Positions 9,557-19,434 of a stretch of 64,000 nucleotides of DNA are shown here, in pieces. The DNA comes from Patescibacteria group bacterium (GTDB taxonomy: Bacteria; Patescibacteriota; Patescibacteriia; Patescibacteriales; UBA12465): positions 9,918 to 73,917 of the forward strand of contig JAFGTW010000037.1 in assembly GCA_016938835.1 (NCBI GenBank), written 5' to 3'. Numbering within the stretch: the first letter of the stretch is position 1; each line of letters starts with the position of its first letter. The notes below the pieces were generated by a model. That model worked only from the letters and a program-made list of their open reading frames with translations. It did not search any database and was not told the DNA's origin. Made by a program: the position numbers and the translations under genes.

Positions 9557-10618
9557 TTATATCGCCTGAAGAATCGTCCAGGTAAGATAGAGAATATATA
9601 TACTAACTAGACCGATGCCAGCAAAACGGCCGATACGCCATTTCTTAGCCATTAAGAAGAATAATACTGAGAGAACAGTAGCAAAAAGTAGGATAATTGA
9701 GCTATTTAAGTTTTCAGTGGCTACTGGTACTATTTTGCCACCAATTGTTACAATAACCCAAGGTAAACCGAGACCAATTAAGATATCAAAGATATTTGAA
9801 CCAATCGCATTAGAAATAGCCATACCACCACGTCCTTGGCGGGCTACAATAATTGAGGACATTAAATCAGGCACACTGGTACCGGCCGCTAAAATAGTCA
9901 GACCAATAATAACAGCAGGAATATTTAAAATATGGGCAATCTCAACCGCACTTTCTACTAGTACCCAGCTAAGGCCAGCAATAAAGACAATTGATAATAA
10001 AAAGGCCATCCAGTAGTGTTTTTCTTTAGGAAAGATAAAGTCAAGAATATATTTTATGCCATTTAGAAAGTGAGCGATAAAAGTTTTTTTCTTGGACTCC
10101 TTTTTTAAACCTTCTTCTACAGCGTCAATCGGATCTTTATTCTCATCTTTGTAGGGAAGGATTTTTTTCCACTTCATAACCGCAAATACATAGATAACGT
10201 ATAAAAGCAGGAATAAAGAAGCCTCCATCAGAGTAATGCGTCCATCCCAGAAAGAAATGATGAGAAGGATAATACTAAGTGTATAAAAGCTTAAATCACG
10301 TATAATCGGTTGCCAAGCAATAAAGGCTTTGCGTACCATAGCGGAGGCGCCAATAATAACAAGCACATTAAATAGGGCTGATCCAACAATTGTACCAGCA
10401 CCCAGTGCTTCTTGTCCTGGTTTAAACAAGGCAATGATAGAAACAAATAATTCCGGAGCACTAGAGCCAACTGCCATTAAAGTAGCGCCAGCCATGTCCG
10501 AGTTCATTTTTAGTTTTTCGGAAATTTTATCCAGTGATAGGACAAAATAACGATCACAAACAAGGGCGAGTAAATAAAAAGAAGCCAATAAGGCAAGACT
10601 GTAGCCAAGAAGCAACAT
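9557..10618 (-). CDS. Ca2+/cation antiporter (YrbG/NCKX family)
   Basis: Alpha-repeats GATLMAVGSSAPE..GSALFN and GLTILAAGTSVPD..GSNIFD. Confidence 0.9.
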   Translation of the reverse strand: MLLLGYSLALLASFYLLALVCDRYFVLSLDKISEKLKMNSDMAGATLMAVGSSAPELFVSIIALFKPGQEALGAGTIVGSALFNVLVIIGASAMVRKAFIAWQPIIRDLSFYTLSIILLIISFWDGRITLMEASLFLLLYVIYVFAVMKWKKILPYKDENKDPIDAVEEGLKKESKKKTFIAHFLNGIKYILDFIFPKEKHYWMAFLLSIVFIAGLSWVLVESAVEIAHILNIPAVIIGLTILAAGTSVPDLMSSIIVARQGRGGMAISNAIGSNIFDILIGLGLPWVIVTIGGKIVPVATENLNSSIILLFATVLSVLFFLMAKKWRIGRFAGIGLVSIYILYLTWTILQAI

Positions 10619-10799
10619 AGATTATATTTTAATAAATTAATTCTTCATATTTAATTTTACTATATTATTCATTTTTTGTCAGCCTGTAAGCAAATATTAA
10701 GGATTATTTATATATTTTTGTAAGTGTATGATTTTATTTATTTGAGAAATAACAGATATATATGCTATAATTTACACGTAATATTATTTTTATAAAACC

Positions 10800-12476
10800 A
10801 TGGATTCAAATATTTTTTTACAGCTGAGTGCTCTTTTAGCCATTACTGTAAGTGTGGCTTTTTTTGTGCGCTTAGCCAGACAACCTTTGCTAGTAGCTTA
10901 CATTGTGGCTGGTATTATTGGTGGCCCCCTTTTGTTGAATATTTTGCCCGCTGATGAGCCAATGTATCATGCCTTTGCTAGTTTTGGTGTGGTTTTATTA
11001 TTGTTTATAATTGGATTGGATTTAAATTTTTCTTATCTAAAAAAAATTGGCAAAGAATCTTTACTAATCGGATCGCTACAGTTTATTTTAAACTTTGCCT
11101 TACTTTTTCCTTTAGTTCATTCTTTCGGTTTAAGTTGGACTGGTTCATTATTTTTAGCTTTAGCAGCTTGTTTCTCTAGTACGATTGTGGTGTTAAAAAT
11201 TTTAAACGATAAACAAGATGAGGATGCTGTTTATGGTCGTTATACAATTGGCTTAATGTTAGTTCAAGATATTATTTCTATTTTAATATTATTGTATTTA
11301 AGTTTTACGGCTCCAAATAGTTTAATGGCTGAAAATTCTTTATTATTTGTTATCAAGGCATTGGCGGTTATTGCAGGTATTATTTTGATGGCTAAATATG
11401 TTTTGCCTTCTTTTCTTAATAAAATATCTTCTTCTGGTGAGTTTTTATTTATATTCACTATTGCTTGGTGTTTTGGCGTTGCCTCACTATTGCTTTGGAG
11501 TGGTTTTTCTTTAGAGTTGGGTGCCGTTATTGCTGGTCTTAGTCTGGGTGCTTCTAGATTTCAGGCCGAGATTGCTAGTCGTATCAAGCCTTTGCGAGAT
11601 TTTTTTATTGTAATATTTTTCATATTATTGGGAAGCGGAGCTGACTTTAGTCACATTGATCAAATTATTGTGCCCGCCCTGTTTTTATCTGCTTTTATAT
11701 TAGTAGTTAAGCCAATAATTTTATATATTTTATTTAGGATTCGTCGTTTTACTCGTCGCAATAGCTTTCTCTCAGCTTTAACAGCCGGACAGTTAAGTGA
11801 ATTTGGTTTTATTATTTTATTTGCTGTATTATCTCTTGGTTATCTTGATGGTCAGGAATTAGCCATCTTTACTGTAGCTGCTATTATTACAATTTTCTTT
11901 TCCTCTTATGCTATGACTTTTAGCTATAAGATATATAATTTTTTCATGCCCTTTTTTCTACTTTTTGGACGTGATAATTTTGTTCAAGCTGAGGAAATTA
12001 AGGAAACATTTGATACTATAATTTTTGGGTATCATCGAACTGGCTGGAAAATAGGTGAAGCTTTAAAGAAGAAAAAAGTTAAATTTGCTGCGGTAGATTT
12101 TAATCCAGAGAGCGTTGCTCATTTTAATAAAAGAGGCATTCGTTCTTTTTTTGGTGATGCTTCTGATATCGAATTTTTACGATCATTACCACTGACTAAG
12201 GCTCATACTATTATTTCCACTATCCCTTCTCCAGAAGATCAATTAGTATTAATTAATTTTGTACGCAAGTATAACCCTAAAGCAGTTATTGTGGCGAGTT
12301 TGTATCATAAAAAGCATCTTAATTCTTTGTATAAGGCTGGAGCTGATTATGTCATTTTACCACACCTTCTTGGTGGTTCTTGGGCTTCTGAAGTGGTGGC
12401 TAAGGGTGAGTTTAGTCGTCGCTCTTCTTGGAATAAATATCGACGTCAACAAGTACGCGATTTAAATGGTAGTTAA
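10800..12476 (+). CDS. CPA2/Kef-type K+/H+ antiporter with a C-terminal TrkA-N (KTN) domain
   Basis: GVVLLLFIIGL, FSSTIVVLK, LVQD, QLSEFGF; IIFGYHRTG, FGDASD. Confidence 0.9.
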   Translation: MDSNIFLQLSALLAITVSVAFFVRLARQPLLVAYIVAGIIGGPLLLNILPADEPMYHAFASFGVVLLLFIIGLDLNFSYLKKIGKESLLIGSLQFILNFALLFPLVHSFGLSWTGSLFLALAACFSSTIVVLKILNDKQDEDAVYGRYTIGLMLVQDIISILILLYLSFTAPNSLMAENSLLFVIKALAVIAGIILMAKYVLPSFLNKISSSGEFLFIFTIAWCFGVASLLLWSGFSLELGAVIAGLSLGASRFQAEIASRIKPLRDFFIVIFFILLGSGADFSHIDQIIVPALFLSAFILVVKPIILYILFRIRRFTRRNSFLSALTAGQLSEFGFIILFAVLSLGYLDGQELAIFTVAAIITIFFSSYAMTFSYKIYNFFMPFFLLFGRDNFVQAEEIKETFDTIIFGYHRTGWKIGEALKKKKVKFAAVDFNPESVAHFNKRGIRSFFGDASDIEFLRSLPLTKAHTIISTIPSPEDQLVLINFVRKYNPKAVIVASLYHKKHLNSLYKAGADYVILPHLLGGSWASEVVAKGEFSRRSSWNKYRRQQVRDLNGS

Positions 12477-12479
12477 TTT

Positions 12480-13991
12480 ATGTTTAAAAAATTTTCTTTA
12501 TTAAAATTGGCCTTTTCTCGTCGTCGTCGAGCTTTACGTTATTTTAAAAAAAATCCATTATTGGTACAAACCAAGATTTTTAATTACTTAATTAAGTGTG
12601 GGCGCCAGACAGAATGGGGTAAGAAGTATAACTATGATCAGATAAAGACTCCGAGGGATTTTCAAGAGTCTGTCCCAATTAGTAGTTACGAAGATATCCA
12701 GCCTTACGTTGAACGTCTATTGCGCGGTGAAAATTATTTACTTTGGCCCAAAAAAATTAATTATTTTTCTAAGTCTTCTGGCACTACTGGTAGTAAAAGT
12801 AAATATATACCTGTTAGCAAGGAGGCTTTAAATGACTGTCATTATCGTGGTGGTCGCAGTTTATTTGCCAGTTATTTTGCTCAGAATTTTAATTCTAATT
12901 TATTGAGGGGGCAAAATTTCGCCCTCGGTGGTAGTCGTCAATTTTCTGAAATTGGTGCTGATAAATATATTGCTGATGTCTCTGTGATATTAATGAAAAA
13001 TTTGCCTTGGTGGGCGCGTTTGCGTCGCAGTCCTCATTTCAGTGTCGCTTGCTTGCCTGAATGGGAGGATAAATTGGTGCGGATACCTGAAATTATTGCT
13101 TATCAAAATATTGTGAGCCTTTCCGGGGTTCCTTCTTGGAATTTGGTTTTGGCCAAAAAAATATTAGAACTCACTGGTAAAAAGAATTTACGAGAAGTCT
13201 GGCCTAATTTAGAATTATTTGTACATGGTGGCACAAGTTTTAAGGCTTATCGTTCACAGTTTGAAGCTCTTATTCCTGGACCAGGTATGCATTACCTAGA
13301 GGTGTATAATGCTTCGGAGGGGTTCTTTGCTTTTCAGGACGATCTTAATCGTTCAGACATGCTCTTGTTTTTAAATGGTGGTGTTTTTTATGAATTTGTC
13401 CTTTTGGAGGAATTGTCTAAGCCTAAGCCTAAAGCTCTTACTTTGGCTGAGGTTGAACTGGGAAAAAACTATGCTTTATTAATCTCTACTAATGCCGGAC
13501 TTTGGCGTTATCTGATTGGTGATACAGTCAAATTTACCTCTTTATATCCTTTTAGAATTATTATTAGTGGTAGAACAAAAAGTTTTATTAATGCTTGCGG
13601 GGAGGAGTTAGTGGTGGAGAATGCGGATAGGGCGGTTAAGGCGGCTTGTGATTATTGTCAGGCAGAGGTACGCGAATATTCGGCGGCTCCGATATATAAT
13701 GGGGTCGCTGGAGCGGCTAGGCACCAATGGTTGTTTGAGTTTGCTCATTCTCCTAAAGACTTGGGAAAGTTTATGGAAATTTTGGATGCTGAGTTGAAAC
13801 ATCTTAACTCTGATTATGAAGCTAAACGCCATAAGAATTTAAATTTAGCTTTTCCAGAAATTATTATTGCTCGTGATAATTTATTCTATGATTGGCTTAA
13901 AGAAAAGCGACGTGTTGGTGGTCAGGCAAAGATACCAAGACTGTCCAATGATCGCGTGATAATAGAGGAGCTTTTATTAATGAATAATTGA
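12480..13991 (+). CDS. GH3-family acyl-acid amido synthetase (adenylate-forming)
   Basis: SSGTTGSKSKYIP, YNASEG, GLWRYLIGD, GGQAKIPRL. Confidence 0.88.
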   Translation: MFKKFSLLKLAFSRRRRALRYFKKNPLLVQTKIFNYLIKCGRQTEWGKKYNYDQIKTPRDFQESVPISSYEDIQPYVERLLRGENYLLWPKKINYFSKSSGTTGSKSKYIPVSKEALNDCHYRGGRSLFASYFAQNFNSNLLRGQNFALGGSRQFSEIGADKYIADVSVILMKNLPWWARLRRSPHFSVACLPEWEDKLVRIPEIIAYQNIVSLSGVPSWNLVLAKKILELTGKKNLREVWPNLELFVHGGTSFKAYRSQFEALIPGPGMHYLEVYNASEGFFAFQDDLNRSDMLLFLNGGVFYEFVLLEELSKPKPKALTLAEVELGKNYALLISTNAGLWRYLIGDTVKFTSLYPFRIIISGRTKSFINACGEELVVENADRAVKAACDYCQAEVREYSAAPIYNGVAGAARHQWLFEFAHSPKDLGKFMEILDAELKHLNSDYEAKRHKNLNLAFPEIIIARDNLFYDWLKEKRRVGGQAKIPRLSNDRVIIEELLLMNN

Positions 13992-14000
13992 TATTTCACT

Positions 14001-14034
14001 GTGGAAAGAAAAGAGTCACCACAGGCGTATTATT
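14001..14034 (+). promoter_or_regulatory. Putative autoregulatory ECF promoter
   Basis: GTGGAAAGAAAA...ACAGGCGTATTATT just upstream of the ECF start; CGTA -10 as in SigW-type promoters. Confidence 0.6.
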
Positions 14035-14051
14035 TAGCATAAGAAAATATC

Positions 14052-14633
14052 ATGAATAATGTCTCGTTAAATTTGGAATTAGAGGACTCAGAATTGGTTC
14101 GGCTTAGTTTGGTTGATCCAGATAAGTTTTCGTATATCATTTATCGCTACCAAGAAAAGTTGGAGCGTTATTTGCGTCGTTTAGGGGCAAAAAATGAAGA
14201 AGACGTTCAAGATTTATTGCAAGATATTTTTCTTAAAGTTTATTTAAATTTAAATGACTTTGATCAGAATTTAAAATTCTCTTCTTGGATATATCGTATT
14301 GCTCACAATCAGGTAATTAGTAATTTTCGCAAGAAACAAGTTAGGCCAGAGGCCCATTCTTTTCCGATTGATAGTGCTGGTTTTGATACTTTAGCTGATG
14401 ATGTTGCCCTTGATCGGCTTTCCGATATTCATTTAAGCCAAAATGTCATTAAGGAAGCTTTAGCAAAAATTAGCGTTAAACATCGAGAAATATTAATTTT
14501 AAAATTTTTTGAAGATAAGAGCTATGAGGAAATTTCTGATATTTTAAAAAAACCTCAAGGTACAGTAGCTTCTTTATTAAACAGGGCTAAAAAATCTTTA
14601 AAAAATTACTTGCCAAAGAATATTAGTGCATAA
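14052..14633 (+). CDS. ECF RNA polymerase sigma factor
   Basis: Region 2 DLLQDIFLKVY..FSSWIYRIAHN; region 4 SYEEISDIL..GTVASLLNRAK. Confidence 0.93.
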   Translation: MNNVSLNLELEDSELVRLSLVDPDKFSYIIYRYQEKLERYLRRLGAKNEEDVQDLLQDIFLKVYLNLNDFDQNLKFSSWIYRIAHNQVISNFRKKQVRPEAHSFPIDSAGFDTLADDVALDRLSDIHLSQNVIKEALAKISVKHREILILKFFEDKSYEEISDILKKPQGTVASLLNRAKKSLKNYLPKNISA

Positions 14634-14640
14634 TAAATAT

Positions 14641-15444
14641 ATGTTAGAAAATTTTGGAAAAAAATTAATTGAAAAAATAAAACATGATGGTATGGCACCG
14701 AAGCCACGTTGGCATTTTATATTGAAGGAAATACTTATTTGGTTATTTGGAGGTCTAGCTTTATTTATTGGCGCTGCCTCTGTGGCAGTAATGATTTATT
14801 TATCTAATAACAGTGGCTTAATGATGCACACTCAACTTGGCCATAGTCTTGTTGGTTACCTGCTTTTATCTTTACCATATTTTTGGATGATATTTCTCGC
14901 TTTGTTTTTATGGCTTTTGTTTTACAATATAAAACACAGTAAGCGCGGTTATCATTATTCTTTTGCCTTAATTGCTTTAGTAGCGATTTTGGCTAGCATA
15001 TTATTAGGAATTATTTTTTCCGCCGTTGGCATTGGTGAAGAAATTGATGATGTTTTAGGAAGGCGGGCACCTTTGTATGATCTAGTTTTTAATCCCCATG
15101 TAGCTATGTGGTCAAATTCAGAGGAAGGCAGCTTGGCCGGTTTAGTTGTATCTAAGTCTGATCAAACCCATTTTGTTTTATTGGATCGTGATAGTGGTGA
15201 ATGGTATATTACTTGTATTACGGCAGATAATAAAAATTTAGTAATAGTTGGTCAGCCAATTCGGTTAGTGGGAGAAGTTATTGGCGAACATGAATTTAGG
15301 GCTGATGAAGTTTTTCCAATTAAGCCCGGTAGGGAGTTTTTTAAACGCCTACAACAGAATAATCAGGACCCTGTGTTAATTCCGGGAGAACTGCCTGAAA
15401 GAGGCTTGGGTCCAGGGAGAATGATGATTAATTATGATAAATAA
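14641..15444 (+). CDS. Putative membrane anti-sigma factor (3 TM plus an extracellular beta domain)
   Basis: Directly follows or overlaps the ECF gene (alternative GTG 14626); three hydrophobic segments, then a soluble domain. Confidence 0.6.
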   Translation: MLENFGKKLIEKIKHDGMAPKPRWHFILKEILIWLFGGLALFIGAASVAVMIYLSNNSGLMMHTQLGHSLVGYLLLSLPYFWMIFLALFLWLLFYNIKHSKRGYHYSFALIALVAILASILLGIIFSAVGIGEEIDDVLGRRAPLYDLVFNPHVAMWSNSEEGSLAGLVVSKSDQTHFVLLDRDSGEWYITCITADNKNLVIVGQPIRLVGEVIGEHEFRADEVFPIKPGREFFKRLQQNNQDPVLIPGELPERGLGPGRMMINYDK

Positions 15445-15468
15445 TCTAAAAATATTTCTAAAAAACTT

Positions 15469-15499
15469 AGCGACTGTTATAGAAATAGCAGTCGCTTTT
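15469..15499 (+). terminator. Intrinsic terminator
   Basis: agcgactgttat-agaa-atagcagtcgct 12 bp stem plus T's. Confidence 0.75.
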
Positions 15500-15539
15500 G
15501 TTTATATTTATGCTATAATATAAGAGTAATTTAAGTAAT

Positions 15540-16022
15540 ATGACAAAAATTAAAACAAGATTATTATTAATTGGCAGCGTTATTCTTAGTGTAGGTCTCG
15601 GCTCATTGGGCACCTTCTTTACGGTGACCGGCCCTGGGTCATGGTATGAATCTTTAATAAAACCAAGTTTTAATCCACCGAATTGGATATTTGGTCCCGT
15701 TTGGACGCTTCTCTTTGTTCTTATGGGTATTTCTTTATATTTGGTTTGGCGTCATGGATTGAAAAATGTTCTAGTTAAAAAGGGGGTAACGATGTTTCTT
15801 GTGCAATTCGGTTTTAATATCATGTGGTCTTATTTTTTCTTTACCTTGCAAAATCCTCGTCTCGCTTTTTTGGAAATAATTGCCTTATGGTTAGCGATTG
15901 CCGCTTTAATGATTAATTTTTATCGAGTAGATAAGCGGGCTGTCTGGTTGCTTTGGCCTTATTTAGCTTGGGTGTCTTTCGCTGCCTTTTTAAATTATGC
16001 AATTTGGCAATTAAATCAGTAG
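15540..16022 (+). CDS. tspO: TspO/MBR tryptophan-rich sensory protein
   Basis: WYESLIKPSFNPPNWIFGPVWT, PYLAWVSFAAFLN; TGCTATAAT extended -10 at 15511. Confidence 0.93.
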   Translation: MTKIKTRLLLIGSVILSVGLGSLGTFFTVTGPGSWYESLIKPSFNPPNWIFGPVWTLLFVLMGISLYLVWRHGLKNVLVKKGVTMFLVQFGFNIMWSYFFFTLQNPRLAFLEIIALWLAIAALMINFYRVDKRAVWLLWPYLAWVSFAAFLNYAIWQLNQ

Positions 16023-16024
16023 CT

Positions 16025-16882
16025 ATGGATGAATTAATATTTTCACAGCCTGATAATTTTAAGCATCAGAAACAGCGCTTATTTCGTGGTGGGATCTCAC
16101 ATTTAAAAGTATTGGCTGATTTTGATGGTACTCTAACCACAAATTTTATTCATGGTAGGAAGGCTCCTACCTTAATTGGCGCCTTGCGAGAAGGTAATTA
16201 TTTATCAGCTGACTATAATAAAAAAGCTCAAGATTTGCATAATTATTACAAGCCCTTTGAGGATGATCAAAATATAGCGCTAGATGATAAAAAAGCTTTA
16301 ATGACTGAGTGGTGGTATAAGCATTTTCAGTTATTAATTGATTCTGGATTAAGTGAAGAAAACATTGCCGATGTAGTTGATAATCGCTTGTCTAATTTGC
16401 GACCAGGCGTACCGGAATTCTTATCACTTTTAGCCAAAAATAATATTCCTTTATTTATTTTTTCTGCTTCAGGTCTGGGTATATCAGGTTTAAAATACTA
16501 CTTAATGAAGCGTGGTTTATGGAGTGAAAATATCATTTTAGTTGCTAATGATTTTATCTGGGGAGAAAATGGTAAGGCCGTCGGTGTTAAAGAGCCAATT
16601 ATCCATAGCTTTAATAAGGATGAAACTATGTTGGTAAAAATTGGCGTTGACGAAAAATTTAGTAAAAGAAACAATATTATGCTACTGGGAGATAGTCTTG
16701 GTGATGCTCGTATGGATACTGGTTTAGCTGCCGCCGCTATTTTAAGAATTGCTTTTGTAAATGATAAAATCAGAGAGTCCGTTTCGGCCTATCGTGAAGT
16801 TTATGATGCTTTAATTCTTAATGATGGCGATTTTAGTCTGCCTTTAAAAATATTAAAAGAAATAATTGATTATGCCGATTGA
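16025..16882 (+). CDS. HAD nucleotidase, cytosolic 5'-nucleotidase III (UMPH-1) family
   Basis: LADFDGTLT, MTEWW, IFSAS, IHSFNK, LLGDSLGDARM; start moved to ATG 16025, after the tspO stop. Confidence 0.82.
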   Translation: MDELIFSQPDNFKHQKQRLFRGGISHLKVLADFDGTLTTNFIHGRKAPTLIGALREGNYLSADYNKKAQDLHNYYKPFEDDQNIALDDKKALMTEWWYKHFQLLIDSGLSEENIADVVDNRLSNLRPGVPEFLSLLAKNNIPLFIFSASGLGISGLKYYLMKRGLWSENIILVANDFIWGENGKAVGVKEPIIHSFNKDETMLVKIGVDEKFSKRNNIMLLGDSLGDARMDTGLAAAAILRIAFVNDKIRESVSAYREVYDALILNDGDFSLPLKILKEIIDYAD

Positions 16883-17297
16883 TCATAAAAATATTCGTGT
16901 TTTAGCTATAGCTCTTATTAAACATCAGGGTAAGTTTTTAGCTTGTGCTGGTTTTGATAAAGTAAAAAAACAATCCCACTATCGTTTACTAGGCGGAGGG
17001 GTTGATTTTACTGAAAGTGCTATTAAGGCCTTGCATCGGGAAATTAAAGAAGAGCTGGGAGCAAATATAGCCGCCGCTAAATTATTAGGCATTGAAGAAA
17101 ATATTTTTAATTTTAATGGTAGGCCGGGCCATGAAATTATTTATTTATATGCAGTTAAACTTAAATCTAAAAAATATTATTTACAAAAGACCTGGCCAAT
17201 TTTAGATTCTAAGGGCCAAGCATTAGCAGAGTGGATTTCTGTTAAAGACTTAAATGGAGTTAAAGTATATCCTCCGGTAGCTAAAAAGTATTTATAA
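16866..17297 (+). CDS. Nudix hydrolase
   Basis: GGGVDFTESAIKALHREIKEELGA; overlaps the upstream stop (start may be 16872). Confidence 0.9.
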   Translation: MIMPIDHKNIRVLAIALIKHQGKFLACAGFDKVKKQSHYRLLGGGVDFTESAIKALHREIKEELGANIAAAKLLGIEENIFNFNGRPGHEIIYLYAVKLKSKKYYLQKTWPILDSKGQALAEWISVKDLNGVKVYPPVAKKYL

Positions 17298-17315
17298 ATT
17301 ATTATTTTTTCATAT

Positions 17316-19430
17316 ATGTTAAATTTAAAGGCTTTATTTGAGCCACGATCGGTGGCGATTGTTGGCGCTTCTACTCGCTTAGGCAGTGTTGGTAGTGATA
17401 CTTTGCGTAATTTAATTGTTTCTGGCTATAAAGGTAAAATTTATCCGGTTAATCCCAAGGTGAAATCATTGAATTCTTTGAAATGCTATGCTTCCTTAAG
17501 TCAGATTAAGAAGAATATTGATTTAGCTTTGATTATTGTGCCAGCAGCTATAGTGGCCACAGTCTTGCGCGAGGCAGGGGAATTGGGAATACCGGCCGCT
17601 ATAATAATTTCAGCTGGTTTTAGGGATGTTGGTAGAGATGATTTAGAACAAGAAATTATAGATATCGCTCAAAAATATAATATCGCTCTCCTTGGCCCTA
17701 ATTGTTTAGGTTTAATTAATCCGGCAAAAAAATTAAATTTAAGTTTTGCGCCATTAATGCCTGGTAAGGGTGGTTTAGCTTTTTTCAGTCAGAGTGGTGC
17801 TCTAGGGACGGCTATTATTGATACGGCTCGCGATTTAGGCTTAGGATTTTCAATTTTTGCCAGCGTTGGTAATAAAGCGGTTATTGATGAGGCTGATCTA
17901 ATTAACTATTGGCAACATGATGCTAAGACGAAAGTAATTGGCATTTATGCCGAAGAATTAAAGCGCCCGGAAATATTAGGTCCCGTTCTTGATAAGCTTC
18001 GTTCTGGTGTAAATGCCAAACCGGTAGTAATATTAAAATCGGGTCGTACTAAAATAGGAGCTAGTGCTAGTGCCTCTCACACTGGAGCGATGGCAGGAAA
18101 TGATGCTATTTATGACGCTTTTTTTGCAAAATATGGAGTAATTAGAGCTTATTCTGTTAATGAATTTTTTTCTTATTTACAGATTTTTAATAGTAATGAT
18201 AATTTACCCGCTAAAAATATCGCTATAGTTACTAATGCCGGCGGTCCCGGTATATTAGCCATTGATTCAGTGGCGGACAGCGATTTAGATGTTGCTAATT
18301 TATCAACTATAAGTAAACAAAAATTAAAAAAAATATTACCACCAGCTGCTTCTAATCATAATCCAATTGATTTATTGGGTGATGCTGGACCGGAAAGATA
18401 TTTAAGCGCTCTTGAAATTCTGTCGCATGATACTAAAGTTGATTCAGTGCTTGTTCTTGTTTCGCCGCAATCAATGACTAGAGTTGATGAATTGGCTAAG
18501 AGTTTAATTCTTTGGCGAAAAAAATGTCATAAGCCCGTAGCTATTTGTTTAATGGGATCATCAAGCATGCTTGCAAGTGCCTCTAAATTAAGACATTCAG
18601 GGTTAGCTGTTTATTTTTATCCCGAGGAAGCTGTTAAAGCCTTATCGGCGCTTGCTGTTTTTAATGAACTACGACACGTAGTGAGAAAAAATGATTTATT
18701 AAAATTACCTACAATTAGTCACACCTCTAGGCATGAGGCAGATAAATTTTTTATACAAGCTAAAGCTGAGTCTTTTCAAGCTTTGGCTGAGTTTCAGACT
18801 CTCCCTATTTTAAAGGCTTATGGCATCCCGACGCCGAAATTTATTGTAGTGGATAGTGATAAAGATGCTATTTTGGCGGCTAAATATTTTAATACTCCTG
18901 TTGCTTTAAAAATTGCCTCATCAGATATTTTACATAAGAGTGATAGTGGCGGTGTAATGCTAAATGTTCAGCCTCAAGATATCTCTTTAGCTCGTCGACG
19001 CTTATTAAAAGCAGTAGCTAAGAATAATTCGCGAGCTCGCTTGCAGGGCGTTTTAATTATGCCTATGATTGAATTTGGTGAAGCAGAGATAATTATTGGT
19101 GCAGTTAGAGATAAAAGTCTTGGGCATGCTTTAATGTTTGGTTGGGGCGGAATTTATGCGGAAGTTTTAAATGATTCATCCTTTATTTTACCGCCTTTTA
19201 ATGAGGACACAATTAAAAAAATGTTTAGTTCCGTGAAAGTTAATGCTTTGCTTAATGGTGTTCGTGGTGGCGGAGTAGTAGATAAGAAGGCTCTGATTGA
19301 TATTTTATTGCGTCTTTACTGTTTATTACGCGACCATCCAGAAATTAAAGAGATAGACTTAAATCCGGTTATTGCTTATACGAAAGGAGCAATGGTTTTA
19401 GATGCGAAAATTACTTTAAATAATAATTAA
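17316..19430 (+). CDS. ADP-forming acetate/acyl-CoA ligase (fused alpha-beta)
   Basis: CoA-binding VAIVGAS, GPNCLG, SQSGA, catalytic SHTG, NAGGPG, ATP-grasp HKSDSGGV and EIDLNP; no GNAT domain. Confidence 0.88.
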   Translation: MLNLKALFEPRSVAIVGASTRLGSVGSDTLRNLIVSGYKGKIYPVNPKVKSLNSLKCYASLSQIKKNIDLALIIVPAAIVATVLREAGELGIPAAIIISAGFRDVGRDDLEQEIIDIAQKYNIALLGPNCLGLINPAKKLNLSFAPLMPGKGGLAFFSQSGALGTAIIDTARDLGLGFSIFASVGNKAVIDEADLINYWQHDAKTKVIGIYAEELKRPEILGPVLDKLRSGVNAKPVVILKSGRTKIGASASASHTGAMAGNDAIYDAFFAKYGVIRAYSVNEFFSYLQIFNSNDNLPAKNIAIVTNAGGPGILAIDSVADSDLDVANLSTISKQKLKKILPPAASNHNPIDLLGDAGPERYLSALEILSHDTKVDSVLVLVSPQSMTRVDELAKSLILWRKKCHKPVAICLMGSSSMLASASKLRHSGLAVYFYPEEAVKALSALAVFNELRHVVRKNDLLKLPTISHTSRHEADKFFIQAKAESFQALAEFQTLPILKAYGIPTPKFIVVDSDKDAILAAKYFNTPVALKIASSDILHKSDSGGVMLNVQPQDISLARRRLLKAVAKNNSRARLQGVLIMPMIEFGEAEIIIGAVRDKSLGHALMFGWGGIYAEVLNDSSFILPPFNEDTIKKMFSSVKVNALLNGVRGGGVVDKKALIDILLRLYCLLRDHPEIKEIDLNPVIAYTKGAMVLDAKITLNNN

Positions 19431-19434
19431 TTTT

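Noticed and set aside
17316-19430. Protein lysine acetyltransferase Pat/Pka
   Set aside because: No GNAT domain, and the catalytic His (SHTG) is retained.
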